Assembly (NCBI GenBank): GCA_951406725.2
Contig: OX597821.1
Location: 57,722,001-57,786,000 of the forward strand
Direction: 5' to 3'
Origin: Octopus vulgaris
Taxonomy: Eukaryota
Length of the DNA: 64,000 nucleotides
This document shows, piece by piece, positions 12,662-26,821 of this stretch. How positions within the stretch are numbered: position 1 is the first letter of the stretch; each line of letters begins with the position of its first letter. Below the pieces are notes generated by a model, which saw only the letters and a list, made by a program, of their open reading frames with translations, had not been told where the DNA came from and did not search any database. A program made the position numbers and the translations under genes.

Positions 12662-13057
12662 TAAGAAATAAATGAAATACTTACTTATACCCATGAAAGA
12701 AGTAAACACTAAGTCATGTGTATACTTAAGTACCTCAAATATATCCAAAATAGAAATTCTCTAGCACACTTCGAGACACGTGTGATCGGACTGAAAATTC
12801 TCATAGAGTGAGAGAGTCCGGAAGTGAATAGTATTAAATTTACATCTAATATAGGATAAAATTTTTCGAAAAAAATTTATATATATATATATAAGAAAAT
12901 AGTAAAGAGTGAAAAAACGACAGAAGGCTTAAATGTTAAAAAATATATATATTTGCGTCAAAATGTCTGGAGAATATTGGAAAAAATTTTTTTCCTTTCC
13001 TTAAAATGACATAATTTTATACTTTTTAAAGAAATACCAAACAAACTTTCTTATCTA

Positions 13058-13094
<37 letters not shown>

Positions 13095-13142
13095 ATATTT
13101 CGGAATGGTCATATTGCCAGTTTAGCCAATAAATATTTAAAC

Positions 13143-13211
<69 letters not shown>

Positions 13212-13558
13212 TGGTATTATTAAAATACCATCACGAGTGGCAAGTGAATTATCAGCCGTACAGGGGCAGAATTTTAATAGTAATTAGCTGGCAAACTTTG
13301 GCTGATGAGAAATCAGGCACCTATTTGATGCTAAATTTCGAAACCAGTACCAAGTTGACCAGTATTTACTTGTTCTGACCCAGTAGAGGTAAGACTTTAT
13401 AATTGTTCACTGAAATTTTTTCCTATCAAGTCTATAATGGACTTGTGACTATTCGGTGGTACAGAAGTATTTTTTTACTTCTATTCATTAGCGAAGTTAG
13501 TGCTCGTGTAGTGCCCTTGTGTATATATGTACATATCTAATATTGTATGTATATATGT

Positions 13559-13590
<32 letters not shown>

Positions 13591-13676
13591 CAAAGTTGTT
13601 TGGGAAATATATACATATATATTACACAAGGCACAAACGACAGAGAAAATTAACGGGGAAGATGAATGTTGTTATA

Positions 13677-13800
13677 AGTCCATCGGCTGTTTCTAGGGGC
13701 TCAGAGATCCATAATAATGTTGATAGATGTAATTAATCACAATATGGAGTCGTAATGGAAGCAAACAACATTGACTAAATCGAGCCTCCGTCGTCAGGGT
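13677..13800 (-). ncRNA. Degenerate hammerhead motif with ~97-nt stem II insert (same family as 9023-9115)
   Basis: ccCTGACGA-cggaggctc...gagccccta-GAAAC AGCC GAT-gga. The cleavage triplet is mutated. Confidence 0.45.
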
Positions 13801-15076
13801 AGAAAAGATCTTACATTTCAGATAATAATGCAGATAATTTCAAAGATGGAATCTTATATATTTATACTTGAATGTTCATCGTTCAACAACTCTCCACCTT
13901 TTGCTTCCTCTCGTTTTGCATGTGTACTTATATAAATATTTTGTATTTCATACCCAAACTGTTATATTTAATAAATCTAATATGTTTATCCGCATAACTG
14001 CCTCCATATCTGCTCAACTTGATCCCTCTTGTAGCCAGTCTTTACCCCGTGGAATTGAACCCCTGTACAGACAGCGGAATCTATGTTTGAATCATTTGAG
14101 CGCTGCTAAGAGAGAATCTCTGAAGGTCATCTGTTGACTATATACATATTCTTTTATTTTTTTATTTGTTTCGGTCTTCTTGATTGCGGCTATGCTGGAG
14201 CACCGCCTTTAATCGAACAAATCGATCCCATGACTTATTCTTTGTAAATCTAGTTCTTATTTTATCGATCGCTTTTGCCGAACCGCAAGTGATTCAATTG
14301 TAATCATTTAATTAACTTGGAGATTTGTACTTGTACCTTCTCATAGGTCGACTAGACTGAATGTATTTAGGAATGTTTAGACAATTACTGTTTGTCTAAT
14401 AAGATCATCGTTTGAAACTGTGGTGGCTATATCAGAAGATAGAATTAGTATTATAATTATATAATTGACGGTCAATGTTCTAGCCATTACCTCCGCTTAA
14501 CGGTTGTCTGTCCCTTGACCATAGTACCTTCTGCCGCATAGTGCTTGTTTACATGTTTGGTTGGTTTATTTATAACGTCATAAGCGACCTTGGGCCACTT
14601 ATAACATATGCTACTTCTCCATACTTTTACTTTTTTTTAACGACTTTTTTACATCTACCACTATAACGGTCTTAATAGCTCGCCCTTTGGTTTTTAAATT
14701 TAACTGACCAATTATATTGATGGCTGAACTTTGTTCAAATCCCATTACGGACAATAGATAGTTGGTCTTTATAATATATAAGCAAGTATATTAATGTAAT
14801 TAATTTATGGGCATGTTATTTGGATAAATATTAATTAGTACTAATTACGAAATCTTAAGTACTATATTTTTCTAGACCTTTTGGCGATTTCCGTTATCTT
14901 AAAGTACTTGTTTTATTCTTATTATTTCTACACCCAGTTACCCCTAAAGAAAGATTAACCCACCAATTAATTTTTAGTTGTCATTTGCTCAACGACTGAA
15001 AAATGGTATGATTCAAATATATTAAGCCTTCTTTTCTCATCTCGAGGCTCCTTTCTTTTAGTTTATGCATTTTACT

Positions 15077-15198
15077 TCACTCTGATGAAACTCGATGTAC
15101 CAAATCGGATGTGCTATGGAATATGACGAATATTATTCTCAGAATTTTGTTTTACAGCTCTGAGGAACAATGGAAGCAGAAACGGCTGTTAGATGTGA
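15077..15198 (+). ncRNA. Degenerate hammerhead motif
   Basis: GAAAC GGCT GTT agatgtga (15179-15198) is preceded by two candidate cores: CTGATGA at 15082 and acagct-CTGAGGA at 15160. Stem II is poorly paired. Confidence 0.35.
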
Positions 15199-15505
15199 TA
15201 AAGTTTTGTATTAAAAAATATTAATAGATGATAGTCAATGTTTTTGTTCAAGTATTTTTTCCATTTTCTGCTTAATTTAAATTTGATTCCTGATAAACTC
15301 TTGTTTATTTTGTTATTGCCTGTATCCCACGAGCATAATATGCTTGAATATGTAAGTCCAGGGTTAAACGCAGGTAATTTATACCGGGTAGTAAAAACGA
15401 ATATTCTTATCCCTTAGACGGTTATTCCAAACACTAACTCTACTAACCTATATATATAAAGTAAAGACTATTTGCCCACCTAATGTAGCAGTCCCGGTTG
15501 TGGGA

Positions 15506-15551
<46 letters not shown>

Positions 15552-15559
15552 ATAATAAT

Positions 15560-15886
15560 ATTAGGGAATAAATCCAAACTTACAGGGAAAAATTAGATTT
15601 AGGATTAAATCCAATTTTATAGTATAAATATTATATTATATTAAATTAGAGATAAAACCACTATTAGGCAAATCAAACAGTGAAAAACATAAGCCAATAC
15701 ATAAAATTATTTTTAAAATATAAAAGTTAAAAATTAAAAAAATATTAAAATAATTTAAACTTATAAATTTTAAATATATATATACAAATAGATATATATA
15801 TATATGAATGTATATTTTTATATTTATATATTATTTTGTTTATTAATTAATTAATTTATTTATTTTTTAATTATTTATTTATTTAT

Positions 15887-15918
<32 letters not shown>

Positions 15919-16574
15919 CAAAAGTATAAAAGTTTAATAAAAGATAAAGAGTAAAACACTACGATCGTTTCATGGCTGTACCAATTCGAATAACAATAAT
16001 TTAAATTCAGTTGATAATTCGAGTTATGGTTACAGTCAATCTTCAGGTTAATTGAAATATTTTTAAAATAATCAGAAATATTTAAACAATATTTTTAAGA
16101 TATAAATAATATAATTTTACTTATAATAAACTCTATTAACAAACTAGAAACTTAAAACTTAATAATTATGATTATATCAAAATCGATTATAATTTTAAAT
16201 ATTAATTTTAATTTTTAAGGTAAGAAACCCACCGATAATCTAATGTCAGTAATAGTCTATATCTAGTTACATAAATATTTTTTAAAAAATGACTAATATA
16301 TATAAAAAATTATCAATGGATATATATAAATGTATATGAATATTATAATTAAGATCTAAAATAATCTCTATAAATAAATATATATGCACATATAATAAAG
16401 ACCTAAATTTAAAGATGCACATATAATAAAGACCTATATTTAAAGATGAAATATCTAAATTCAAAAATACAAACAAACAAACTTAAACGAACTTTCGGAA
16501 ATCTTATTTAAAATACTTATAGAAATAATCATTTCGTAGTTGATTTGCCTAATAGTGGTTTTATCTCTAATTTA

Positions 16575-16585
<11 letters not shown>
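15560..16585 (-). mobile_element. PLE 3' end / pLTR with inverted partial copy, inserted in (TA)n
   Basis: Same terminus as 61755-61900 (ttagggaataaatccaaa.ttacagggaaaaa). About 45 bp at 15630-15675 is repeated inverted at 16540-16583. A minus-strand NYEMIISISILNKISE resembles the PLE endonuclease C-terminus. Contains a hammerhead. Confidence 0.65.
15957..16049 (-). ncRNA. Type I hammerhead motif with 68-nt extended stem II
   Basis: aac-CTGAAGA-ttgactgtaacca...tggtacagccat-GAAAC GATC GTA-gtg. Stem III has a palindromic GATC loop, the triplet is GUA, and stem I is short. Confidence 0.65.
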
Positions 16586-16610
<25 letters not shown>

Positions 16611-16949
16611 CATACATGTATATATAACTCTGTGTGTGTGTGTGTGCCTGCGCGTGCACGTGAGTACATACAATGGTTTAGCTGGCCGAAAATTCAAAGT
16701 GACTGCAACAACATTCTTGAATAAGAATAATAAACTTTTACTCTACAAAAGTATAGACTAATCCATCAGATTAATTTTAAATTATTGTTATTATAACTTA
16801 ACGGAAAAACAAACATTAATATATCATCATCACCACCACCACCACTACCACTACCACCACCACCATCACCACTACTGCTACGACGATGACATCGTTGTCG
16901 TATAGTAGCAGTAGTAGTAGTGGTGGTGGTGGTGGTGGTGGTGGTGGCG

Positions 16950-17005
<56 letters not shown>

Positions 17006-17679
17006 TTTTATCTTCTACCTTGTTAGTCACACATCGTAGAACTGTATTACATACTGATCTCTCTCATGGATATTTTAACTCGTAATGGAAATCAATAATT
17101 AATTAAAATATTAAATAAATGACAATGAAAATAGTAAATAAAATAAATACATAAAGTTATTCGAAACCAAACCATAATTAAATCATCAGACAACAATAAG
17201 TCGTTAACATAGCTTTGTTTATATCTAAAGGGAATTACAATATTAAATAAAAGTAAACGAAACGCTTTTCAATTTAACTTAGTGACTTTTAAGACACACA
17301 CATACACAAATGTTTATGTAAAGTTTGTCTCAATTGAACAGGACATGATGAAAACGAAGTGAGTGCATCAAGAACTAAATGTGCAGTTATTACCGAATTG
17401 ACGTTTGTAAGATGAAATATTGAAGTAGAAACAGATTGTTGGTATCATTCTTGATATCATTCTTGCTAGAGCAAAGTGTGAAATTCTAAAAGAGAGCTAC
17501 GTGTGTCGCTCGCTGGTATCAATAGGGTTTTTGATCTTCAATTTCTTTTTTACATGTTTCAGTCATTGGACTATGGCTATGCTGTAACGCTTCCTTGTAG
17601 AGTTTACAAGTACTTCTTTTTAAAGTCTGGTACTTCTTCAGTCAGTGCCTTAAACTGAACCGCTAAGTTACGAGCACGT

Positions 17680-18295
17680 AAACAAATGAGTTTGCGAGAA
17701 TAGAGAGAACAGCAGATGTCAACTCGGGATTTGCGGTTGCTTTCGGACAACTTATGAGGCAACCATTTTCCCAGTTTAGGAACCTTTGCAAGTTGTTGAA
17801 GATGACGATGAACAGTTGTATGGTTTGAACTAAACTTTATTGCCAATTCTTCAACTGATAATGCAGGATTTTCTTCAAGTAATGCTTCAAGGAGCTTATC
17901 ATCAAAATCAACCGGACGTCCTGTTCGATCTTCATCTTGACGGCTGAAATCTTCACTTCTGAATTTTGCAAACCATCTTCTGCAGGTTCTTTTATTCAAG
18001 CATTCTTTCCCATAGACTGAGTGTATATTTCGAGTCACTTCGGCTGCAGAATTTCCTTTTTTGTACTCATAAAGCATTATGTGCCTCAAATGCTCTTTGG
18101 ATACTTCCATGTTAGAAAGGGTTTTAATCAAAGAAATTTTAATTCTATTATTCTGTAAAATAATATTTAATTAGTTGAAATGTACACAAATGCATAAAAA
18201 TAATTTTTAATTCCTTAGACATTCTAAAATACTATTAAATTTCATTCAATTTTAAAAAAGGTAAAATCGGACAAAACTTATGGGGTGACTTGATA
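17680..18295 (-). mobile_element. Mariner element, 5' half (HTH region of the transposase)
   Basis: MEVSKEHLRHIMLYEYKKGNSAAEVTRNIHSVYG...RRWFAKFRS...KLGKWLPHKLSE. The 5' TIR tatcaagtcaccccataagttttgtccgatttt lies at ~18263-18295. Confidence 0.9.
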
Positions 18296-18296
18296 T

Positions 18297-18900
18297 TAAC
18301 ATATCGCTTGGATTTCTTCACCATTTTCCACTTAATTGTATGTGGTGTGAAGCTGCTCTTTAAATTCCATACGTGGCTAACCGTCTTAGTTGCATCACTT
18401 TTATCGATGTGCCGAAAAGAAGATAGGTAGCTTGCATAACGTCTCTTGAATTTTCCACCACATAACCCGATGTAATTCTTCTTTTCTGTTGATTTGTCTG
18501 GGTGCGTAGCTGTAACTTCAGCCTCGTATATGACGGAATTTATCATACACGCCTGGTGAAGTGGGCAAGCTTCTGGGTCTCGACAGTTACAACTGAGAGT
18601 GGTCTCTTGGTGGGTTTTGCGAGTTATAATGTTCTTCATATTGAAGCAGCAACTATTTGATACTTTTACTGAGCGTTAAAAAATTTCCTGTGTTTATGAT
18701 TTAATAGTTAATGTACCTACGTTAGTCTTAACATTAAGGAAGAAAGGAAGGACGAACCAAATTGTTTTCCTAGATCTTTTTTTTTTTTATCTATTTTTAC
18801 GATTCATATTTTTACATAGAGTTATAATATATTTTATCTTTGAAGCCGTTCTGAACTAGGGCATTTTTATAATATTTGTTCAGAAGAATATTATAAGAAT
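18297..18900 (-). mobile_element. Penelope-like element fragment (linker plus GIY-YIG endonuclease)
   Basis: CNCRDPEACPLHQACMINSVIYEAEV...NYIGLCGGKFKRRYASYLSSFRH...VWNLK...IKWKMV, preceded by RKTIWFVLPF..NVKTNVG. Truncated at the mariner TIR. Confidence 0.9.
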
Positions 18901-19168
18901 CACTCAATCCCCGAAAGTCCTTCTCAACACATAGCTATGATGCTCCCCCACTAATCCTGCTCGTGATCAGAAATACATATATTGTCAGTCATTAAGGGAC
19001 ATGCTCAAATGATTATGGTCAAGCAACGTACAAGCAAATCTGTGGTATTGAGCAAAATATTTGCTGTAGCCCATCTTTTGCAAACCATCTTCTGCAGGTA
19101 CATGTTAACATTTCTAACTAGTTAAGATCGGAAGTCATGAAATCCACTGCCTGGTATTGCATCAGAGC

Positions 19169-19266
<98 letters not shown>

Positions 19267-19352
19267 ATAATAGTAGTAGTAGAAGAAGAAGAAGAAGAAG
19301 AAGAAGAAGAAGAAGAAGACTCCAATTAAAAATAGAAGAGAACACACATACA

Positions 19353-19383
<31 letters not shown>

Positions 19384-19898
19384 TCACACACACTCACATA
19401 CACACATACAACTATATCCCTCACAACCACCCACGCGCAGTGGCATTCAGCCCAAAGCATACCCTGAGCAAGCAGTTTGGGATTTCTTTGAAACTCTTCC
19501 CTGACTTCGCTGTTCTTAACCTTGGCAAATAATAATTTCTAATTTAGGCTTTGAGCCAATAATTTCGAGGGGATTGCGATGCAATCTAGAGGAACGCAAT
19601 TAAATACTTCGAGTCATCTTTACTACGCTCTAATGACTCTGTTAATCCACAAAATGATAATTATTATTAGTTTGGGTGAAAAAATTCAATTATAAATCAG
19701 ATATTTCAAATGCTTGTGTAAGGAGGGAGAGAGAAGGGGGAAGAGTAAGAGTTCGTGTTTGCGTGTATGTGTGTGAGTGAGTGTGTGTATGTATGTGCGT
19801 GTGTCAGATTATGAGCGTGTGTGGTTTGTGAGGGTATGTGAGAGAGTGTATGTTGTGTTTGCGTGAGCAAGTGTGTGTGTGCACGCCTGTGTATGAGT

Positions 19899-19951
<53 letters not shown>

Positions 19952-20229
19952 TTTGTCTGTGTGTAAGCTTATGAGTGTGTTTGTGTGTGTGAGTGTGAGT
20001 GTATATATGTGTGAGTGCCTGCTTGCTTGTGTGTGTGTGCATGTGAGTGAGATTTCGTATTTTTTGGGGATGCCGAAGATGACCGCCTGAACCAAAATGA
20101 AAAACCCACACTGCAATAAATTATGCGGATGTGTGAAAACATGAAAATATGCGCAACTGTTTGATTTTAAAGGGCTGGTAAATTATTTTGAAATTTAAGA
20201 AAAAGAAAATATTGTGTTTTAGAGAAGTA

Positions 20230-20714
20230 AGCAAGGAAGTACTTTCGGATTTTTCAGCTGGATTAGGAGATGGACACCAAGATGAAGGACAAAATGACAC
20301 CAGAGTACATTAGAATGTACACACAAGTAACTCGTCAGTATGGACAGAAAAATTTAAAAAGACAGTGGCCATGCATTAGTGCCTTCACACTAGAAGTAAT
20401 TTAGCAAGGCTTTATCTACAAAGGAATGGAGATGGAAAATATGTGTGAATTGTGGAATTAACAAAGAAACAATTGGTCAGCATGAAGAGAGGAACTAAAA
20501 ACATAACGGCCATGCCTTTATACTAAAAGTAATTTTGCAAGGATTTATGCACGGCTGTATGGTAAGTAGCTTGCATATCTGCCACATGGTTCCGTGTTCA
20601 GTCCCACTGCGTGGCACGTTGGCCAAGTGTCTTCTACTATAGCCTCTGGCCGACCAAAGCCTTGTGGGCGGATTTGGTAGACGGAAACAGAAAGAAGCCC
20701 GTCGTATATATATG

Positions 20715-20752
<38 letters not shown>

Positions 20753-21660
20753 GTGTGAGTGTGTGCGTGTGTGTGTGTGCGTGCGTGCGTGTGTGTGTGC
20801 GTGCGTGTGTGTGTGTGTCTGCATTTGTCACCCACTTGACAACCGGTGCTGGCGTATCGACGCTCCCGTTACTTAGCGGTTTGGCAAAGGAGCCCGATAG
20901 AATAAGTACTAGGCTTACAAATGATAAGTCCTGGGGTCGATTTGTTCGACTAAAGGCGGTGCTCCAGCATGGCCGCAGTCAAATGACTGAAACAAATAGA
21001 CGAATAAAAGAATAAGGAAGGCAGAAATAAAAGGATTGACTGGAGTAGAGAAGAGTGTTAGAAAAATGGGGAAATCATTTCATGCCTGATTTTAAGGAAC
21101 GTGTTGCTTGGATGTGGTGGGTTGCACTGGGTGAGAACCTCTATGAGTACGAACGAAGGACTCATGAGAAAGAGATGAGCAACTGGAAAGAGAAAGGTCT
21201 TACAATGGAGAGTTTGTCCGAAAAATATCTGACGTAAAAATTCAGGATCAGTCCTTCAGTCTTCTTTAACAATTCAGGTCAGTAATTCTGGTGATGAGTG
21301 ACATGGATTTTTAAACTAAATTAAAAGGTTGATCCCTTCTGCTGAAGTCTTGCGAACTAACACAATCAAGTGCAGCATTTATATATGACAGTAGAAACAC
21401 CTAAAATGTGTAGAAATGCACCTGAAGATAATTTAACTGCATTTACATTGCAAAGACAAAAAAAAATGAAAACTCTAAAAGATGTCAAGACCTGACATTT
21501 AAAGTGGAGCGTGTTCATAGAGCCTCAACTACGAGTAGGATACCCATCGTGATTGGCTCCATTGAAATCATCGAAAACAAAATCCTGCGCTGAAAAGTTG
21601 AAACTACCAGACGTCATTGGAAGTATAGGCTGTCTGTCAATATTAACGCTTTCTTGAAGA
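20230..21660 (+). mobile_element. Highly decayed non-LTR retrotransposon relic (R4/Dong-like RT C-terminus), interrupted by a SINE
   Basis: MDRK...MH*CLHTRSNLARLYLQRNGDGK near 20340-20440 resembles the HP.SDVDRLYLPRKEGGRG motif. L.TNTIK...C..C lies near 21350-21420. Confidence 0.5.
20545..21015 (+). mobile_element. Composite SINE copy
   Basis: Collinear with 5437-5955. Confidence 0.85.
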
Positions 21661-22801
21661 TATCACGTTAGTACATATGCGAGTATGTGTATATGTGTGA
21701 GTGTGTGTGTGTTTGTGTGTGCTTGTGTGTGTATGTCTGTGTGTGTGCAGGAAACTGTATGTTTAATATAGTTGCCTTTATTATAATTCTATTCTATATA
21801 TTGAGAGGGTCATTCTGTCAATAAAAATACACGATTTGACTGTATTTTACTTCTTTAATATATGCGTCGAGGTGTTTGTCTACAAGTTTCTTTGTCCGGT
21901 CATTAAACAATGGCTGTGATTTTGGTAACGGTCGATGTAGCAGTAATAGCTGTAATGACAGCGCTGAATCTATATGTCAGTATATGTGCGTGCATGTATG
22001 TGGTGTGTGTGTGTATGTGTGTGTGTATGTGTGTGTGTGTGAGTGTGTGTGTGTGTGCGTGTGCGCGCGCGCTGTGTATGTGTATTGAATGTGAGGTTGT
22101 GCCATAGCATGGTCGAAAACCAGTGACTGAAATAATTAAAAGAATAACATAAATATGGTTGTGTGTGTTTGTATGTATGTATCTTTTACTTACTTCAGTC
22201 AGCCGTGTCGGAGACCCGTCTTTGGGAGTTCAGTCAAGAAAATTGACCCCAGTACATATTCTTAAAAAGTCTGGTGCAAATCCTATCGTCTGCTTCTGCC
22301 GAACTGCTGTGTTACGCGACGCAAGCCAACACATATTGTCAATCAGTGGAAGGGGACAAACACAAAGACACATACACACATATATGTATATATAAATATG
22401 TATTTATATTATATTGTTTCAATAATTAGACTGCGGTCATGATGAAGTAGATGGGCTTCCACATAGTTTCCGTCTACCAGATTTATTAACAAGGAATTTG
22501 TCGGTCCGGGGTTATTGTAAAAGGTACTTGCTCGACGAGCTTCTTAACTACGCGAGGTGTAGTGTTATTGAATGTGTGTAATAAGAAGTCTAAGCTTTAG
22601 ATTAATAAACGGACAGACTGATGCAGACGATGCTAAGAAAGATATCGGAAAGTCAAGAATCAAAGGAAGATATTCCTCTCCATCTCTCTTCCACCCCTAT
22701 CGATCATAATCAGTCATTATCTGCTGCTGCTACAACTAATTTGAATCCGGTTCAGTCGATACAAATATGAAAAATACATCAAACTGAAACGAAATAAACA
22801 A

Positions 22802-23026
22802 TTGGGTTGTCCGGAAAGTTCGTGCCGATTTATAGTATCTTACCTTTAGACTTACCCTCTCAGGCACCTCAATTCTGGGAAGAGGGTATTTTCAAGTTAA
22901 AGGAAAGATGGAGACGCATTGTGCAACAAAATGGTTCATATTTGGTTGATTAAAACTGTTATGGCAAGTAGTTATTGACCTTTTTCTTTCCTTTAAAAAT
23001 CGGCACGAACTTTCCGGACAACCTAA
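22802..23026 (+). mobile_element. Internally deleted mariner (MITE) of the 4378-4717 family
   Basis: Both TIRs are present (ttgggttgtccggaaagttcgtgccgattt / aaatcggcacgaactttccggacaacctaa). The 3' ~160 bp is nearly identical to 4560-4717. Confidence 0.9.
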
Positions 23027-24050
23027 TAAATAAAAGCAAAAAGCACAATCGAGAACAGATACTCATAGACGTGCAGCATTATGCGCACGTTATGTCATCG
23101 TTACGACGTACACACACACGAACGCATGCGCACACGCATTCACTCAGACAAAAAGGACATGGCACCAAACTTAGCTTCATCTCCATCATCCTAATGACTA
23201 CTGCTACCCTTCTAACCAAACCACCACTACCGCTGCCGCGGCCGCAACAGCCACCGCGGCAACAGCAACAACAACAACTGGACAAAGAGATCAAAATGCA
23301 GTCACGCCAACCTCATTGAAAAATAAAAAGATTTCCAGAGAAAAACTGTGATACAACAATGAACACCGAGGCAAAATTCAAACATTTCGTGCAGTTTGAT
23401 GGACAGAGTGACTCTACCAAAACACAACTCACTCTCTCTCTCTCTCCCTCATTCTCTTACACGCTCGAGTGCTCACACTTCCATATACGCACATATATGT
23501 GCATATTTATATGTATTTATGATACGATATGTATCGCATTGTATTTTGAAATACAGTGTTATGCCCCGGATTTCAAGTTGTATACGTGTATATGTTTTGT
23601 ATGGTGCATTTGAGATTGCTAAATTCCATTCCATTAAAGGCTTTACTTCAATGGGTCCAATCTAATAAATTTTTGAAGTTTTCCATTCAGCTCATTACAC
23701 TAGAAATAACTCTTATTGCATTGCACTTGTGTGCGTGTGTGTGTGTGTGTGTGTGTAACTCTTACAAGGTTAGTACTGTAGCTTTCTTGGGAAATTCATC
23801 TTATTTTCAGGAAAGGTATTTTACTTGGTCTATCAAGATTTTTGACTTTTTAGCGAGGTTTGCGTGGCTTCATTTTTTTTCTTCTGTCTGCAGTGGAGAT
23901 GGTGTTGTCTGTTGTTGTGCTGGTGTTGGTGGTTGTGGTTAGAGGAGTAGCAATAGTCATTGTGATGGTGGAGGTGAAACATTGTTCGGTGCCATCTACT
24001 TTTCTTTGAGTGAGTCTGTACGAGCGTGCCTGACTTTGTACGCGCCTCTC

Positions 24051-24112
<62 letters not shown>

Positions 24113-24712
24113 TGTGTGTGCGTGTGTGTGACTGTGTGTGTGAGTCACAACGATCTGCACTAAGCCCGAAAGATTGTTTGGAGATACATGGCATATTATA
24201 CAATTCTGCCAATTTATTGTATCTCTGAAGCATGAAACTATTAGTACCGCTTTTGTAAATTTTGTATATTAAATAATATTTATCTCTCACTGGAGGGAAG
24301 CATTTTTTGTTGATCCTACCAATAACGGAACTGTAAATTATGTATGTATGTATGTATGTATGTATGTATGTATGTATGTATGTATGTATGTATGTGTGTG
24401 TGTGTGTGTGTGTGTGTTTGTGTGTATGTATGTGTGTGTGTGTGTGTGTAGCATGTTTGTATATCAGAGTTTTGCACTGTATCCTTATTTGACTTAGGAG
24501 ATATAGGGGACTCAAGATTATGATAAAAACACTTGCTCAAAAATATTTCATGGTAGGATCGAATTATGTGACTACGAACTGAAATTTCGAATCGCATAAG
24601 TTCATCTGCTCTAATACTGGTAATCTTATTGAACTAGATTTCGCTGAACTAGATACTGTCACTATGATTGTCTATTTATATATATATGTGTATATATATA
24701 TATATATATATA

Positions 24713-24751
<39 letters not shown>

Positions 24752-25083
24752 GCTTATATATATATATATCTAAACATATTTACATACAGATACATAAGCG
24801 TACACACATACACGCACGCACACAGTCACACACACACATATCTCCAATTATTTGATATTCCATCATATCCAATTATGCTATCACATCCAATTATCAAAGA
24901 TGAATAATATATCTCACGTTGATATATGAATGTATGTATATATGTATGTATGTATTTAAGTATGTATACATATATACATACTTATATGTACATATAAGTA
25001 TGTACATATATACATATGTGTGTGTGTTTGTTTGTCTATATGTAAATGTATGCATATATGTATATGTATATATATATATATTG

Positions 25084-25132
<49 letters not shown>

Positions 25133-25639
25133 GCATATATATTTGTTGTGCAAGATTTTTTATGAGAAGTCGTGTGATGAAACAGATATTGTTATATTTC
25201 GGAATGGTCATATTGCCAGTTTAGCCAATAAAAACACACGCACTATATATTTGGTGTTATTTTGCTTCAGTGTTATTTATTTATTACATTAATCTTAATC
25301 TTATTTCGGCCAGAGTTCTTCCGTCACACTCCTGTGACCCGCATCAGTGGTCCTTTGTTTTCTTCTTTCTTACTTGTGTCTCTCCTTACTAACCGTCAGC
25401 CATTTTGTATTTCTATTGTACGTCTTCATTTGCGCATGCTTATATCTCTATGTGCGTCTATGTTTATTTAGTGTGTGTATGTGGGGGGATGCCTGTAATA
25501 TTTGTATCTTCTGTTTATATATGTTCATGTAATTTGTATTTTGTTTTTTGTTTTTGTTGTTTTTGTTTATTCTTATTTTGTTCATGTGTTTACATCCACT
25601 TATTATTATCATTACATATGCTTGTATGTATGTATGTAT

Positions 25640-25725
<86 letters not shown>

Positions 25726-26189
25726 GGAGATAGAGATGCATATACATAAATATATATTTACTCAAAATATTTATCAAAATTCCCTTATCAATATAAGAAT
25801 TATCTCTAGATCATTTAAGAATGTTAAGAAGATATATTGCCTTCTTTGAAGCAGTGACCAAGTATATTCTTTAGTCTTGTCCCTATGCGTGTTCATCATA
25901 TGTCTGGATAGATAGATAAAATGGCGGATATCTGCAGGTACATACACATACAAAGAAAAATGTTAACATAGGTAATTTTCACAAATCAAATTTCAAGTAC
26001 ACTAATAGGTATATAGATATATAAAGTATAGTTGTGTATATGTGATGTAGTCTGAGAATATATCCACAAATAGGAAACAAAAAGAGGCTATTCGGGAAAA
26101 CAGTAGCTTTACTTAGTTGCAGCCCGTAAACAGTCAGTAACCTATTTTGATGAAGCTGGCAAACCAGATGCACCCGATATCTTTTATCT

Positions 26190-26590
26190 ATCATCTTTTA
26201 TCTTTTACGTGTTTCAGTCATTAGGCTGAGGCCATGCTGGGGCACCACCTTGATATTCTAGTCGAATGAATCGACCCCAGTACTTATCTTTTAATCCTGG
26301 TGCTTATTCTATCGGTTCCTTATGCCGAACCGCTAAGTTACGGGGACGTAAACACACCAATATCCGATTGTCAAGTGGTGATGGTGGAGGGGAGACAGAC
26401 AGACACACACATAGACGTGTATATATTTATATACGACGGGCTTCTTTCCGTTTCCCTCTACCATATCCACTAACAAGACTTGGGTCGGCCCGAGGCTATA
26501 GTAGAAGAGACTTGTCCAAGGTTCTACACAGGGGGATGAACCCGGAACCATGTGGTTGGGAAGCAAGCTTTTTACCACACGGCTACTCTT
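26190..26590 (-). mobile_element. Composite SINE copy
   Basis: Reverse complement of the 5437-5955 family. Confidence 0.8.
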
Positions 26591-26821
26591 GAAAATAGTA
26601 TTTCATCAGAAAATATACATTTTCTATCGAATATTATGAGCTTCCACCTTGGCTTCTAAGTTTCTCGACTGACAGCTTGATCATCGAAAAGCAAAAAGAA
26701 AGAGCTGTAAACAGGGGTGAGTATTAAACTTTTGAAAGTAAATTTAAAAAAGAAACTGAAAGATTTTCAGTATTTCTGGATACATGCTTTAAGAATGCTT
26801 AAAAGAAAAAGGAAAACGAAA

